From: Gemmata obscuriglobus
GTDB taxonomy: Bacteria; Planctomycetota; Planctomycetia; Gemmatales; Gemmataceae
Length of the DNA: 32,000 bases
Direction: 5' to 3'
Assembly: GCF_008065095.1 (NCBI RefSeq)
Contig: NZ_CP042911.1
Span: forward strand, 7,050,001-7,082,000
Shown here: piece by piece, positions 16,626 to 25,299 of the stretch
How the letters are laid out: each line of letters starts with the position of its first letter
Position numbering within the stretch: position 1 is the first letter of the stretch
The notes under the pieces: model-generated
Database searches by the model: none
What the model saw: the letters and a program-made list of their open reading frames with translations, nothing else
What the model was told of the DNA's origin: nothing
Made by a program: the position numbers and the translations under genes

Positions 16626-19133
16626 TTACACCATGCCCCAGAGCCGGCGTAGGCCCCATTCGATGCCGAGCAGCGTCACGAACACCACCAGCCAGAACGG
16701 CAGGAACCCGCGCGACCGGTTCCGGTTCCAGTCCGGGTAGTACCGCGGCTTCTTCCCCAGGTCCGGCGGCGCTTCGACTTTCAGTTCCTTGAGGAACCCG
16801 GACAGCTCCTCGACCCGCAGCGCCCGCCCCCCGTTCGGCTCCGCCAGCCGCCGCATGAACTCCGGGTCCGCACTGACGCGCAGCATCTCGTCCGAGACAT
16901 CGGGGACCGCGATGAACTTCGCGGTGCCGCGGTGCAACTTGTCGGTCCCGTCCGGGTTCTTCTCGACCTTGCCGTCGGGCGTCGTGACCGGGCTGGTCAC
17001 GGACACGAAGTACTCGCCCGGCACGGGCGGGCGGAACAGCACCTTGCGGCCGTCCCGGTCGGCCAGCACCGTCAGCGGCGCGGCCCGCTTTTCGTCCTCG
17101 GGCTTCGGCTCCAACTGCCCCGGCGCGAGCGGCAGGATGCGCACCGCCAGCGGCGCGTTCGGGTCGTCGGTGCCGTCCGCCTTCTTCAGCCCCACGCGGA
17201 CCGTCTGCTCGCCGGTCACCTTCATCTGCCGGAACTGGGGCCGCGCGTACGCCTGGCTCTCCTCTTCGTCCTGGTGTGCGAGCCACAGCACGCACTGCCG
17301 CCAGAACCGCTCGTGCAGGTCGATGCCGAGCCGCTCTTTCGGCAGCCCGAGGCCGCGCCAGAGGTACGTGTCGAACGCCCCGAACGCGAGCCACCGGCCC
17401 TTGCTCGCGTCGCCGCGCTGCGAGCCCACCAGGAGCGGCTCGTGGACCGCGGGGTCGAACTCGGTGCCGGCGCCGATCGCGCTCGGGTCGTTGGGCGTGA
17501 CGAGGATCCTCCGCTCGCGGTCGAACGCGTCCTTGTCGAGCCGGGCGGTCCACGCGAACACGGTGTCAAGGCCGCCGGGCCGCGGGGTGATCCGGTTGTG
17601 CCCGTTGAGCAGTTCGCCGGTGCGGAAGTTGTTCATCCGGTTCCAGGCGTCCTTCGCCGGGACCACCTTCGACGCGGGCGTGCCGGGCGCCGGGGCGAAC
17701 TTGAACATCTTGCTCAGCCCGTTCGGGTTCGGCACCGCGGGGAAGGACACGAGTGGGTCGCCCGTGGGGCTCAGCGCGTCCACCACCCGCCCGCCGGTCA
17801 CCGGGAGCAGGTCGGTCGGGATGCCATCGAACGCGTACTCGCCGCCCAGGAACATCACGCCCAGCCCCTTCGTGGCGCTGAGCCGGGTCAGCTCGTCGAG
17901 GAAGTTCGGGGCGGCCCTCCTGAGGTGCCCGGCGTTCACGTTCCCGATGATGACCACGTCGTAGGCCTGCGCGTCGAGGCTCAAGAGCTTCCGCTCGCCG
18001 TCCGTGACGGTGGCGTCGGTCTGCCGGATCACCTCGTACACGTCGAACCGCTTCTCGTTCCGTAGCGCGTCGCGGATGAACGTCTCTTCCCACCGGAGCT
18101 GGTCCACGATGAGGACGCGAACGCCCTCCTTCTGAACGGTCAGGTACGTTTCGGAGTGGTTGTTCAGCGCCGACAGCTCGCCCGGGAGCGCCTCGAGCTT
18201 GTCGCCCCGCGGCGTGCCGACCTCGACCTTGATCTTGTACTCGCCCTTCGTCTCGGGCGCCTTGGTGGTCAGCTTCAGCTCGTTGCCCTTCTCGCGGTCG
18301 AGCGTGAACTCCTTGCTCTCCACCGGGCTGTCGTTGATAAACAGCCGCGCGGTGACCCGCGAGCCGACGAAGTTGTACGCGTTCACCTTGGCGGTGGCGG
18401 TGAACTCCGCCTTGATGAACGCCGGCGACGGGTTGCACTCCACCCCGGTCACCGCCACGTCCTTCGCGTCGGACGACGTGTCCTTGCCCACAACGGCCGT
18501 GTGGACCGGCACGCCGCGGCGGCCCCAGCGCCCGGCCTCCGCGTCGGGCGCGTACGCCTCGCCGTTGTTAGCCCCGTCGCCGACGACGACCAGCCCGCGG
18601 ACCCGCTCGGCCTGCCACCGGTCGTAGGTGCGGTTCAGGAACGCGCCATAGTCGGACCGCTTCGCGTCGAACGCGGTGGTGGGGTCGTAACGGCCGGTCG
18701 CCTCGTTAAAATCCGCCGCACCGAACTTGTACAGCGCTACGCTGATGCCCTGTTCGGTGAGCAACTCGTCGAACAGCGGCTGGCACTTCTCCAGGGCCTT
18801 GCGGACCGCGTCGGCGCGCGACTGGCCGCCGAGTTCGTCCTTCACGGTCAGGCTCTCGGACACGTCGATGCCGAGGATCAGCGTGGACGGCTGTTTCGGG
18901 TTCTCGTTCACGCCGACGCTGGGCCGCACCGCGGTAATGAGCGCGACCAGCAGCGCCAGTACGCGCAGCGCGAGAATGAGGAAGACGCGCCGGCGGTTAG
19001 CCTGTGGGTGCCCGAGGTAGGTCCAGACGGTGAAGAGGACGAGCAGCACCGCGACGGCCGCGAGCGCCGGGAGCCCGAGCGGGTACGTCGACCACGGGTA
19101 CGCGGGTCGCGACGAGAAGAAGTAGTCGCCCAT
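16626..19133 (-). CDS. BatA-like membrane protein with N-terminal double-TM, VWA-like and GATase1-like regions
   Basis: 835 aa. N-terminal double TM (LGLPALAAVAVLLVLF, VFLILALRVLALLVALI). VWA-like ILGIDVSESL, VVVGDGANN. YDVVIIGNV, GVMFLGG region. C-terminal TM FLPFWLVVFVTLLGI. Confidence 0.65.
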   Translation of the reverse strand: MGDYFFSSRPAYPWSTYPLGLPALAAVAVLLVLFTVWTYLGHPQANRRRVFLILALRVLALLVALITAVRPSVGVNENPKQPSTLILGIDVSESLTVKDELGGQSRADAVRKALEKCQPLFDELLTEQGISVALYKFGAADFNEATGRYDPTTAFDAKRSDYGAFLNRTYDRWQAERVRGLVVVGDGANNGEAYAPDAEAGRWGRRGVPVHTAVVGKDTSSDAKDVAVTGVECNPSPAFIKAEFTATAKVNAYNFVGSRVTARLFINDSPVESKEFTLDREKGNELKLTTKAPETKGEYKIKVEVGTPRGDKLEALPGELSALNNHSETYLTVQKEGVRVLIVDQLRWEETFIRDALRNEKRFDVYEVIRQTDATVTDGERKLLSLDAQAYDVVIIGNVNAGHLRRAAPNFLDELTRLSATKGLGVMFLGGEYAFDGIPTDLLPVTGGRVVDALSPTGDPLVSFPAVPNPNGLSKMFKFAPAPGTPASKVVPAKDAWNRMNNFRTGELLNGHNRITPRPGGLDTVFAWTARLDKDAFDRERRILVTPNDPSAIGAGTEFDPAVHEPLLVGSQRGDASKGRWLAFGAFDTYLWRGLGLPKERLGIDLHERFWRQCVLWLAHQDEEESQAYARPQFRQMKVTGEQTVRVGLKKADGTDDPNAPLAVRILPLAPGQLEPKPEDEKRAAPLTVLADRDGRKVLFRPPVPGEYFVSVTSPVTTPDGKVEKNPDGTDKLHRGTAKFIAVPDVSDEMLRVSADPEFMRRLAEPNGGRALRVEELSGFLKELKVEAPPDLGKKPRYYPDWNRNRSRGFLPFWLVVFVTLLGIEWGLRRLWGMV

Positions 19134-19175
19134 GAAAACATGATACCGACGCGCGAGTGGGATGGGGAAGCAGGG

Positions 19176-20837
19176 TCACCCCCGCTTCCCGATGCGTGGG
19201 AACCGGAGCTGCTCCAGCGCGGCCGGTTCGAGCTTCGCTTTGCCCAGGTTCGCCGCGTTGCGGTTCAGCGCGTCCGCGACCGCGTGGCTGAGGTCCGGGA
19301 ACCGGAGCAGCGCCCCGTTCACGGTGGTGCCCGCCCGGTCGAACCGGGGTCCGTCCGCCTTCGGGCCGCCGGGCGGGCCGAACTTCGGCACCGGCTCGGT
19401 CAGCACCTCCAGAAAGAGCTTGTTCGACAGTTCGGCGTCGTTCTTCAGGGCCAGCACCACCGCCAGCCCCAGCCGCCCGGCGACGCTGGCGGTCCGCGCC
19501 GCGGGCTCGCGCCACTCTTTGCCCCGCGCCTTCAGCCGCTCAAACCGGTCGTTGGCCTCCGGGAACCGCCGCTCCTTCGCGTACAGGAGCCCCAGCTCGA
19601 CGGAGGCTTTGAGCATGTCCTCGACGTCCGTGCGGTCGCTGTTGAGCGTGGCCAGCAGTTCGCGTTCGCGCGTGGTGACGAGCTTCTCGACGGGCCGCAC
19701 GTCCGGCAGCCCCGGCCCCGCCGGGAGCGGCGCCGGGGCCGGCGCGGAAGCTCCTGTTTCGGCGCGCGGCGGAACCAGGAGCGCCACGAGCCCCCCGCCG
19801 AACGCGGCCAGCGCGCCCGCGAGCCCGGCCCACAGCCGCCACCGGCCCCGCGCCCCCGCCGGAACCGCCGCACCCGACTGGCTCAACAGAAGAACCGCGT
19901 TCGAACTCGATGAGGCCGGCACGCTCCCGTGCTGCGTGAGCGCGAGCGTTGCCGTCCCGGTCGAGAGCCCGTCGCGCACTTTGACGAGATCGCGGACCAC
20001 GTCGCGCGCCGACTGGTACCGGTCCGCCGGCTTCTTCGCCATCATCTTGTGGACCATGCCACACAGATCGGCCGGCAGGTCCGGGCGCAGGTCGGCGAGT
20101 TGCGGCGCCGGATCCTGGACGTGCTTCAGCGCCACCTCGAACGCGGACGCGCCCCGGAACGGCGGCTCGCCCGCCAGCAGGTGGAAGCACGTCACGCCGA
20201 AGGAGTAGATGTCGCTGCGGTGGTCCACCGGGTGCCCCTGCACCTGCTCGGGGGACATGTACAGCGGCGTCCCCAGGGTCACCCCGCTCTGCGTCAGGTG
20301 GGTGGGCTGCTCCTCGCCGGTGAAGAACCGGCTGAGCCCGAAGTCGGTGACCTTCACCTCCACCTTGCGCGTCACCAGGATGTTCTCGGGCTTGATGTCC
20401 CGGTGGACAATGCCCTGGTCGTGGGCCTTCTGGAGCGCCAGCGCCACCTGCCGCATGATGCTGAGCGTGACGGGCAGGTCCGGCGGCCCCTTGCGGGCCA
20501 TGTAGTCGCGCAGGTTCCGCCCCTCGACGAACTCCAGCACCATGTACCGGAGCCCGTCGGCCTCGCCGATCTGGTGGATGTGGACGATGTTGGGGTGGTT
20601 CAGCTTGGCGACCGCCTGAGCCTCGGCCTGGAACCGGGCGAGGGCCGTCGGGTTCGCGTTCAGCTCGTTCTTCAGGAGCTTGAGCGCCACCTCGCGCTTG
20701 AGGGAGGTTTGCCGGGCGAGGTACACCTGCCCCATGCCCCCGGCCCCGATCTTGCGGAGCACGTGGAAGTCGCCGAGCGTGCGGCCGGTCAGGTCCGGTT
20801 GCGGCGGCGACGCGGGTTGCGGCTGGGTGTCCGGCAT
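19176..20837 (-). CDS. Serine/threonine protein kinase with a TM segment and helical C-terminal region
   Basis: ATG at 20837 (minus strand) with GGAG upstream. Hanks motifs GAGGMGQVY, VALK, HRDIKPEN, DFG and SPE, then TM WRLWAGLAGALAAFGGGLVALLV. The ORF-track extension to 21782 is rejected. Confidence 0.9.
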   Translation of the reverse strand: MPDTQPQPASPPQPDLTGRTLGDFHVLRKIGAGGMGQVYLARQTSLKREVALKLLKNELNANPTALARFQAEAQAVAKLNHPNIVHIHQIGEADGLRYMVLEFVEGRNLRDYMARKGPPDLPVTLSIMRQVALALQKAHDQGIVHRDIKPENILVTRKVEVKVTDFGLSRFFTGEEQPTHLTQSGVTLGTPLYMSPEQVQGHPVDHRSDIYSFGVTCFHLLAGEPPFRGASAFEVALKHVQDPAPQLADLRPDLPADLCGMVHKMMAKKPADRYQSARDVVRDLVKVRDGLSTGTATLALTQHGSVPASSSSNAVLLLSQSGAAVPAGARGRWRLWAGLAGALAAFGGGLVALLVPPRAETGASAPAPAPLPAGPGLPDVRPVEKLVTTRERELLATLNSDRTDVEDMLKASVELGLLYAKERRFPEANDRFERLKARGKEWREPAARTASVAGRLGLAVVLALKNDAELSNKLFLEVLTEPVPKFGPPGGPKADGPRFDRAGTTVNGALLRFPDLSHAVADALNRNAANLGKAKLEPAALEQLRFPRIGKRG

Positions 20838-21063
20838 CGTCGGCTCCGCGGCGTTCCAGTGCGACCGCCACTTCGGTTGACAAACGTAACGAGGCGCCAC
20901 ACCGCGACCGACCCGGGGAAGCCGGCCCTGGCATATTACCCGCCGGCGCGCGAAAGAAAAATGAGGCCCCGTGCCCCGACCCGGCGACTCTCGGTTGAAG
21001 ATTCCGGGGCTCAGGTGCAGTATAAAATACGAATCCCACCGCCCCGCTCCACGGAGTTCCGCC

Positions 21064-21747
21064 GTGCGATTTTCGCTCGCCGCCGCCCTGCCGCTGGCCC
21101 TGTTCTCACTCGCCGGCGCCCAACCGGCCGACCCCACGGCCGAAGAAAAAGCCGCGATCGACGCCATTGCGAAGGCCGGTGGCAAGGGCGAGATCGACCC
21201 GAAGCTCGCCCCAACCGCGCGCGTCGTGGCCAAGTTCGAGGCCGGCACCGACGCCGCGCTCGCGGCGCTGAAGAAGCGCCCGCAGGTCGGGGCCGTGGAG
21301 GTGTTCGACGCCACCCGCTGCACCGAGAAGGGGCTGGTCGTGCTCAAGGACCTGCCCGAGCTGCGGCGGCTGGCGCTCGGCAAATCCGACCTCACGCTCG
21401 CGCGGGTGAACGCGATCGCGAAGTGCAAGGAGCTTCGCGACCTGCGGTTGCCCGGTGCCGGGCTCAGCGACCCCGAACTCGCGCCCCTGAAGGCACTCAC
21501 CCGACTCGAACAGCTCGACCTCTCGGAAAACGCGCAGGTGACCGACAAGGGCATGGCCACCGTGAAGACCTTGGAACGGCTCCGGGGGCTGTACCTTGCA
21601 AAAACCGGCCTCACCGACAAGGGGCTGGCGGAGCTGAAGGGGCTGGAAGGGCTGCGGAGCCTGTACGTGGGCGGCACGAAGGTGACCGCGGACGCGGCCG
21701 AGCAGTTCGCCGACGACATGCCCAACCTGCGGGTGGTCCGGCGGTAA
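21064..21747 (+). CDS. Secreted leucine-rich repeat protein
   Basis: GTG at 21064 gives the signal peptide VRFSLAAALPLALFSLAGA. Repeated L-x-x-L-x-L-x-x-T-x-V/L-T-D-x-G-L units follow (LRDLRLPGAGLSD, LEQLDLSENAQVTDKGM, LRGLYLAKTGLTDKGL). Confidence 0.7.
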   Translation: MRFSLAAALPLALFSLAGAQPADPTAEEKAAIDAIAKAGGKGEIDPKLAPTARVVAKFEAGTDAALAALKKRPQVGAVEVFDATRCTEKGLVVLKDLPELRRLALGKSDLTLARVNAIAKCKELRDLRLPGAGLSDPELAPLKALTRLEQLDLSENAQVTDKGMATVKTLERLRGLYLAKTGLTDKGLAELKGLEGLRSLYVGGTKVTADAAEQFADDMPNLRVVRR

Positions 21748-21824
21748 AGGCCCTCGGGGAACGTTCGTGCGCCAGCCCTCACTCACCGGCGCGACCCGGC
21801 TCCGAACGGATATCGGTTGCCGGC

Positions 21825-22733
21825 TCACCCACCCGCCCCGCCTTTGCCCGGAAAGCTCGCGCTCCACCGCGTGCCGAGTGGCGGTGACGGCCGATCAGTC
21901 AGCAGAACCTCAAGCGCCCACTGGCCGTCGATGCGGCTCCCGGTGCGGCACGCGTTGAGCAAATCGGCGTGGGCACAGCCCGCGTCTTGCAGCGCGTCGG
22001 CAAGGATCGGGAGCGCGTCCACCCGATCCGTATCGCGAATGGAGCGCGCGATGTCTCGCGCGGTGTGGTTGTTGAACGCGAGCCAACGCTTCACGTCCCG
22101 CTTTGGGGGCGATCTCTTCTTTCTCGCGCGGCACGGAATCCAGTCGGTGTAGTCTTCTGAAACCTCGTTGCCAGCGATCGAGCGCGTGTAGACTTTAACC
22201 CAGGTCACGAACTCGGTGAACGAGTTGCTTCGCCGTTCCACTTGACGGCTGTCGAGTGAACACCAGTAGACAGGATACTCCAGCGGATCTGTCGTCGTCG
22301 GCTCGGCGGGGTCCCAGGCGAACGCCCCTTCCGAGCCGTCGGAATCGTCCTCTTCAGGCTTCCACACGAAGTTGGGTTTGTTCATGTTGTCGCCAAAGAA
22401 AACGAACCGGCGGAGCCGTTCTCGCTGAGCGGGCGGATAACGGTTGGCGCGGGAGTTCGTGTGCCTCCGCACCGCGTTTGTGGCCCGGAGGATCGTCGCG
22501 CAGCCCCACGCGTTTCGTTCCGGTGTGATTGGAAGAAGGCGCAGCATCCAGTCGAAACCGCCGAACGCCCCAAAACGCATCGCGAACGCGCGGTACGACG
22601 CCGGCAGCGGTACGCCAAGAGCGGCCTCGGTGGCGGCCAGTTCGGCTTCCGTGACGACGGGGCAAAGATCATCCAGTTTGTGGATGACACGAATCTGGCT
22701 GAACACCGCGTCCCACGGTTTCGCTTCGGCCAC
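21825..22733 (-). CDS. SMI1/KNR4 (SUKH) domain protein with a C-terminal LADALQDAGC-type helical domain
   Basis: GTG at 22733 is the first start below the upstream hairpin. TEAELAATEAALGVPLPASYRAFAMRFG is a SUKH signature. The C-terminus ALPILADALQDAGCAHADLLNACR resembles a planctomycete repeat-companion motif. Confidence 0.6.
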   Translation of the reverse strand: MAEAKPWDAVFSQIRVIHKLDDLCPVVTEAELAATEAALGVPLPASYRAFAMRFGAFGGFDWMLRLLPITPERNAWGCATILRATNAVRRHTNSRANRYPPAQRERLRRFVFFGDNMNKPNFVWKPEEDDSDGSEGAFAWDPAEPTTTDPLEYPVYWCSLDSRQVERRSNSFTEFVTWVKVYTRSIAGNEVSEDYTDWIPCRARKKRSPPKRDVKRWLAFNNHTARDIARSIRDTDRVDALPILADALQDAGCAHADLLNACRTGSRIDGQWALEVLLTDRPSPPLGTRWSASFPGKGGAGG

Positions 22734-22770
22734 GGGCGAGCCCTCTGTGCGGCACGTCGTTGGGGCGGCT

Positions 22771-22886
22771 TTCCCTGGGACCGCGGCCGTCCCGGCCGCT
22801 CGTATCCCCACGCTGTTGCTCCACACTTCCCGTTGAAGCGACACCACACGCGAAGCAGCGGCCGGGACGGCCGCGGTCCCAGGGAA
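22771..22886. repeat. Perfect 30-bp inverted repeat with a 56-nt spacer, possible terminator of the sulfite reductase gene
   Basis: I verified that 22771-22800 (TTCCCTGGGACCGCGGCCGTCCCGGCCGCT) is the exact reverse complement of 22857-22886. It lies directly downstream of the stop at 22895 (minus strand). Confidence 0.85.
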
Positions 22887-22894
22887 GAAACCAG

Positions 22895-24607
22895 TTACGC
22901 CGGGGCGCCGATCAGCTCCTTCAGCTTCGGCAGCCCGACGCGGGTGCAGTAGTCGCCGAACAGCTCGCCATTCGATCGCTCCGCCGCGAACGCCGCGAAC
23001 ACCTTGGACAGCTTCGGCACGATCTGCTCGATGGGCACGCCGTCCTGGATCTCGGTGTTCAGCCGGCGGCCGTAGCTGTCGCCGCCGATGTACAGCGTGT
23101 ACTTCGTGCCGCCGCGGCCCACGATGCCGACCTCGCTCTGGTACGGCCGCGCGCACCCGTTCGGGCAGCCCGTCATCCGCACGCTGATCGGCTCCCCGGC
23201 CAGCCCGGCGTCCTTCAGCGCCACTTCAAGTTGATCGACCACACCGGGCAGCGCCCGCTCGCTCTCGGTGATCGCCAGCGGGCACGTCGGGATCGCCGGG
23301 CACGCCATGCTCCACCGCTGCACCTGCGACAGCGTTTCCGGACGCGGGATGCCGTACTCGCTCAGCATCGAATCGACGCCCGCGCGGTCGTCCATCGTCA
23401 GCCCGCACAGCATGATGTCCTGCTGCGCGGTCACCCGGATGTCCGGCTTGTACTTCGCAACGATGGCGCGGAGCCCGCTCCGGAGCCGCATCGCGCCCTC
23501 GTCCCGCACCCGGCCGTTCTCGACCGACAGCCCCAGGAAGTATTTCCCGCCCCCCATCCCCTGCCAGCCGTGGTGCAGGTCCAGCCCGGTGATCTCCACC
23601 GGCCGCGGGTCGCGGCGCGGCCCCTTGAAGTAGTCGCGGTAGAAGACCTCGCGGAACTTCTCCAGCCCCCAGTCCTTCATCACGTACTTGAGCCGCGCCC
23701 GCTTGCGGTTGCTGCGGTTGCCGTGGTCGCGGAACAGCTTGCACACGCCCTCCGCCGCCATCAGCACCTCGTCGAGCCCGATGAAGCCGACGGGCTGCGC
23801 CAGCAGCGGGTACGTGTCCGGGTTGCTGTTCGTCTGCCCCTGGCCGCCGCCGGCGAACAGGTTGTAACCGACCGGCTGGCCGCCCTCGCTGATCGCGAGG
23901 AACCCGAGGCACTGCGCCAGGAGGTCCGTGCAGTTGTCGTGCGGCAGGCTGAACGCCACCTTGAACTTCCGCGGCAGGTACGTCTTGCCGTAGAGCGGCT
24001 CGTCGATCTCCGGGTTGTCGGTGAACTTGGCGGGCTCGCCGTTCAGCCAGATCTCGTGGTACGACTGCTTGCCGGCCTTCGGCGCGAGGTGCTCGGCCAC
24101 CGCGTCGCAGTCCCGCTGCATCTGCGCGCGGGTGGGGTCGGGCAGCGGGGCCGGGCACGACAGCACGTTGCGGTTCACGTCCCCGCACCCGCCGAGCGTG
24201 GTGACGAGGCTCGCGTTGATGCCGGCCATCGTCGCTTTCAGGTTGCCCTTCAGCACGCCGTGGAACTGGATGCTCTGGCGCGTGGTGAGCCGCAGCGCCC
24301 CGTTCGCGTACTGGTCCGCGATGTCGTCGAGCGCCAGCCACTGGTCGGCGGTCAGCTTCCCGCCCGGCATCTTCAGCCGGATCATGAACATGTACGCCTT
24401 GCCCACGCCGGCCTTCGCCCGCGCCTTGCGCGCGTCGCGGTCCTCCTGCTCGTAGCTCCCGTGGAACTTGATCAGGCTCTTGTTGGCGTCGCTCAGGTGG
24501 TCGATCGAGGCGTCGGCGATCTCTTCGGCCAGCGTACCGCGAAGGTACCGCCCTTCCGACTTGTGACCTTCGACGGGGGAGAGTTTCGGCGCGGTTTCGT
24601 CGGACAT
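22895..24607 (-). CDS. cysI: Assimilatory sulfite reductase hemoprotein (siroheme/4Fe-4S)
   Basis: 570 aa, the same length as E. coli CysI. Shared motifs are YLRGTLAEE, FHGSYEQEDRD, YLPRKFK, MACPAIPTCPLA and TGCPNGCARP. No cysJ is adjacent, so the electron donor type is unresolved. Confidence 0.88.
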   Translation of the reverse strand: MSDETAPKLSPVEGHKSEGRYLRGTLAEEIADASIDHLSDANKSLIKFHGSYEQEDRDARKARAKAGVGKAYMFMIRLKMPGGKLTADQWLALDDIADQYANGALRLTTRQSIQFHGVLKGNLKATMAGINASLVTTLGGCGDVNRNVLSCPAPLPDPTRAQMQRDCDAVAEHLAPKAGKQSYHEIWLNGEPAKFTDNPEIDEPLYGKTYLPRKFKVAFSLPHDNCTDLLAQCLGFLAISEGGQPVGYNLFAGGGQGQTNSNPDTYPLLAQPVGFIGLDEVLMAAEGVCKLFRDHGNRSNRKRARLKYVMKDWGLEKFREVFYRDYFKGPRRDPRPVEITGLDLHHGWQGMGGGKYFLGLSVENGRVRDEGAMRLRSGLRAIVAKYKPDIRVTAQQDIMLCGLTMDDRAGVDSMLSEYGIPRPETLSQVQRWSMACPAIPTCPLAITESERALPGVVDQLEVALKDAGLAGEPISVRMTGCPNGCARPYQSEVGIVGRGGTKYTLYIGGDSYGRRLNTEIQDGVPIEQIVPKLSKVFAAFAAERSNGELFGDYCTRVGLPKLKELIGAPA

Positions 24608-24914
24608 CTCAGAACCTTACAGGGTGTGCGCGGGCCTACGGCGAGCAAGAAGTTATTCGACCGGATGGCGGGCGGAACCGAACCAAACAAAGTGACTCGT
24701 GCGGTGCGGCGAACCCGGTTCATCCTGCCGAAAACAGCTCCCTATTCTGTTGTTCTACACCTTTACCGTGATTTCGGAAGGCCGAGTTTGCGGCAAACGC
24801 TCATCCGCGAAGTGATAGATACCAAGAGACCAAGGGCTCTCGTATCGAATCCGATCCGGTGGTTTCAAGTTGTAGGCAGCCCAGATGTGATCACTCGCAG
24901 AACCCAACAGGTTA

Positions 24915-24980
24915 CACCCGCCTGCTGACGCAGGCGGTTCGACCGTGGCTCGTCGAACCGCCTGCGTCAGCAGGCGGGTG
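24915..24980. repeat. Perfect 29-bp-stem hairpin with an 8-nt loop and a nested palindrome
   Basis: I verified that 24915-24943 is the exact reverse complement of 24952-24980. Each arm holds its own 8-bp palindrome (CCGCCTGC tgac GCAGGCGG, 24918-24937). Confidence 0.85.
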
Positions 24981-25299
24981 GCGCACAACCAACAGCTTGA
25001 AACGACTGGACTCCGGTTGAAGATCAACTGCTCGGCAGGGTGTCGGTTGCACCCGCCGACTCACTCCGGCGGGTGGCGCTCCCAATCACCGGTACTATTC
25101 GACGAAGCTTGGTATCACTTCTGGCTACCGTCCCGAAATTGCGGATCTCCAATTCACTTCCTGAAGGCAAAACGGAACTTTTGCTCCCGGCCCGTGAGAA
25201 GTTGCGTAATCCGTACCGCATGATCCTGCCGGAGCAGCCCGGACTGCGAACTCCAATCAAACCTGCCTGAATTACCAACTCGTCTTGCGCCGATGGGGG

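Noticed and set aside
16393-21887. Long ORFs 16393-17553 (-), 16789-17964 (+), 16932-18065 (+), 18156-19913 (+) and 19929-21887 (+) overlapping the VWA-like, kinase and LRR genes
   Set aside because: These are alternative-frame or antisense artefacts of high GC content. Their translations are dominated by R/P/G/A runs, whereas the chosen frames carry Hanks kinase motifs, TM helices and LRR units.
22760-24928. 722-aa plus-strand ORF across the sulfite reductase locus
   Set aside because: It is antisense to a full-length CysI-type protein with intact siroheme/4Fe-4S cysteine motifs, and it runs through two perfect palindromes. Its translation is low-complexity.
24931-24960. tRNA-like T-loop sequence GGTTCGA inside the 24915-24980 hairpin
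   Set aside because: The surrounding sequence forms one continuous 29-bp stem. There is no acceptor, D or anticodon arm, so no cloverleaf can be drawn.
24755-25270. Small ORFs 24755-25027 (-), 24945-25223 (+) and 25040-25270 (+) in the cysI/SNF2 intergenic region
   Set aside because: Each reads straight through the perfect palindrome or the second hairpin. They have no Shine-Dalgarno, mixed codon composition and no recognisable motifs.
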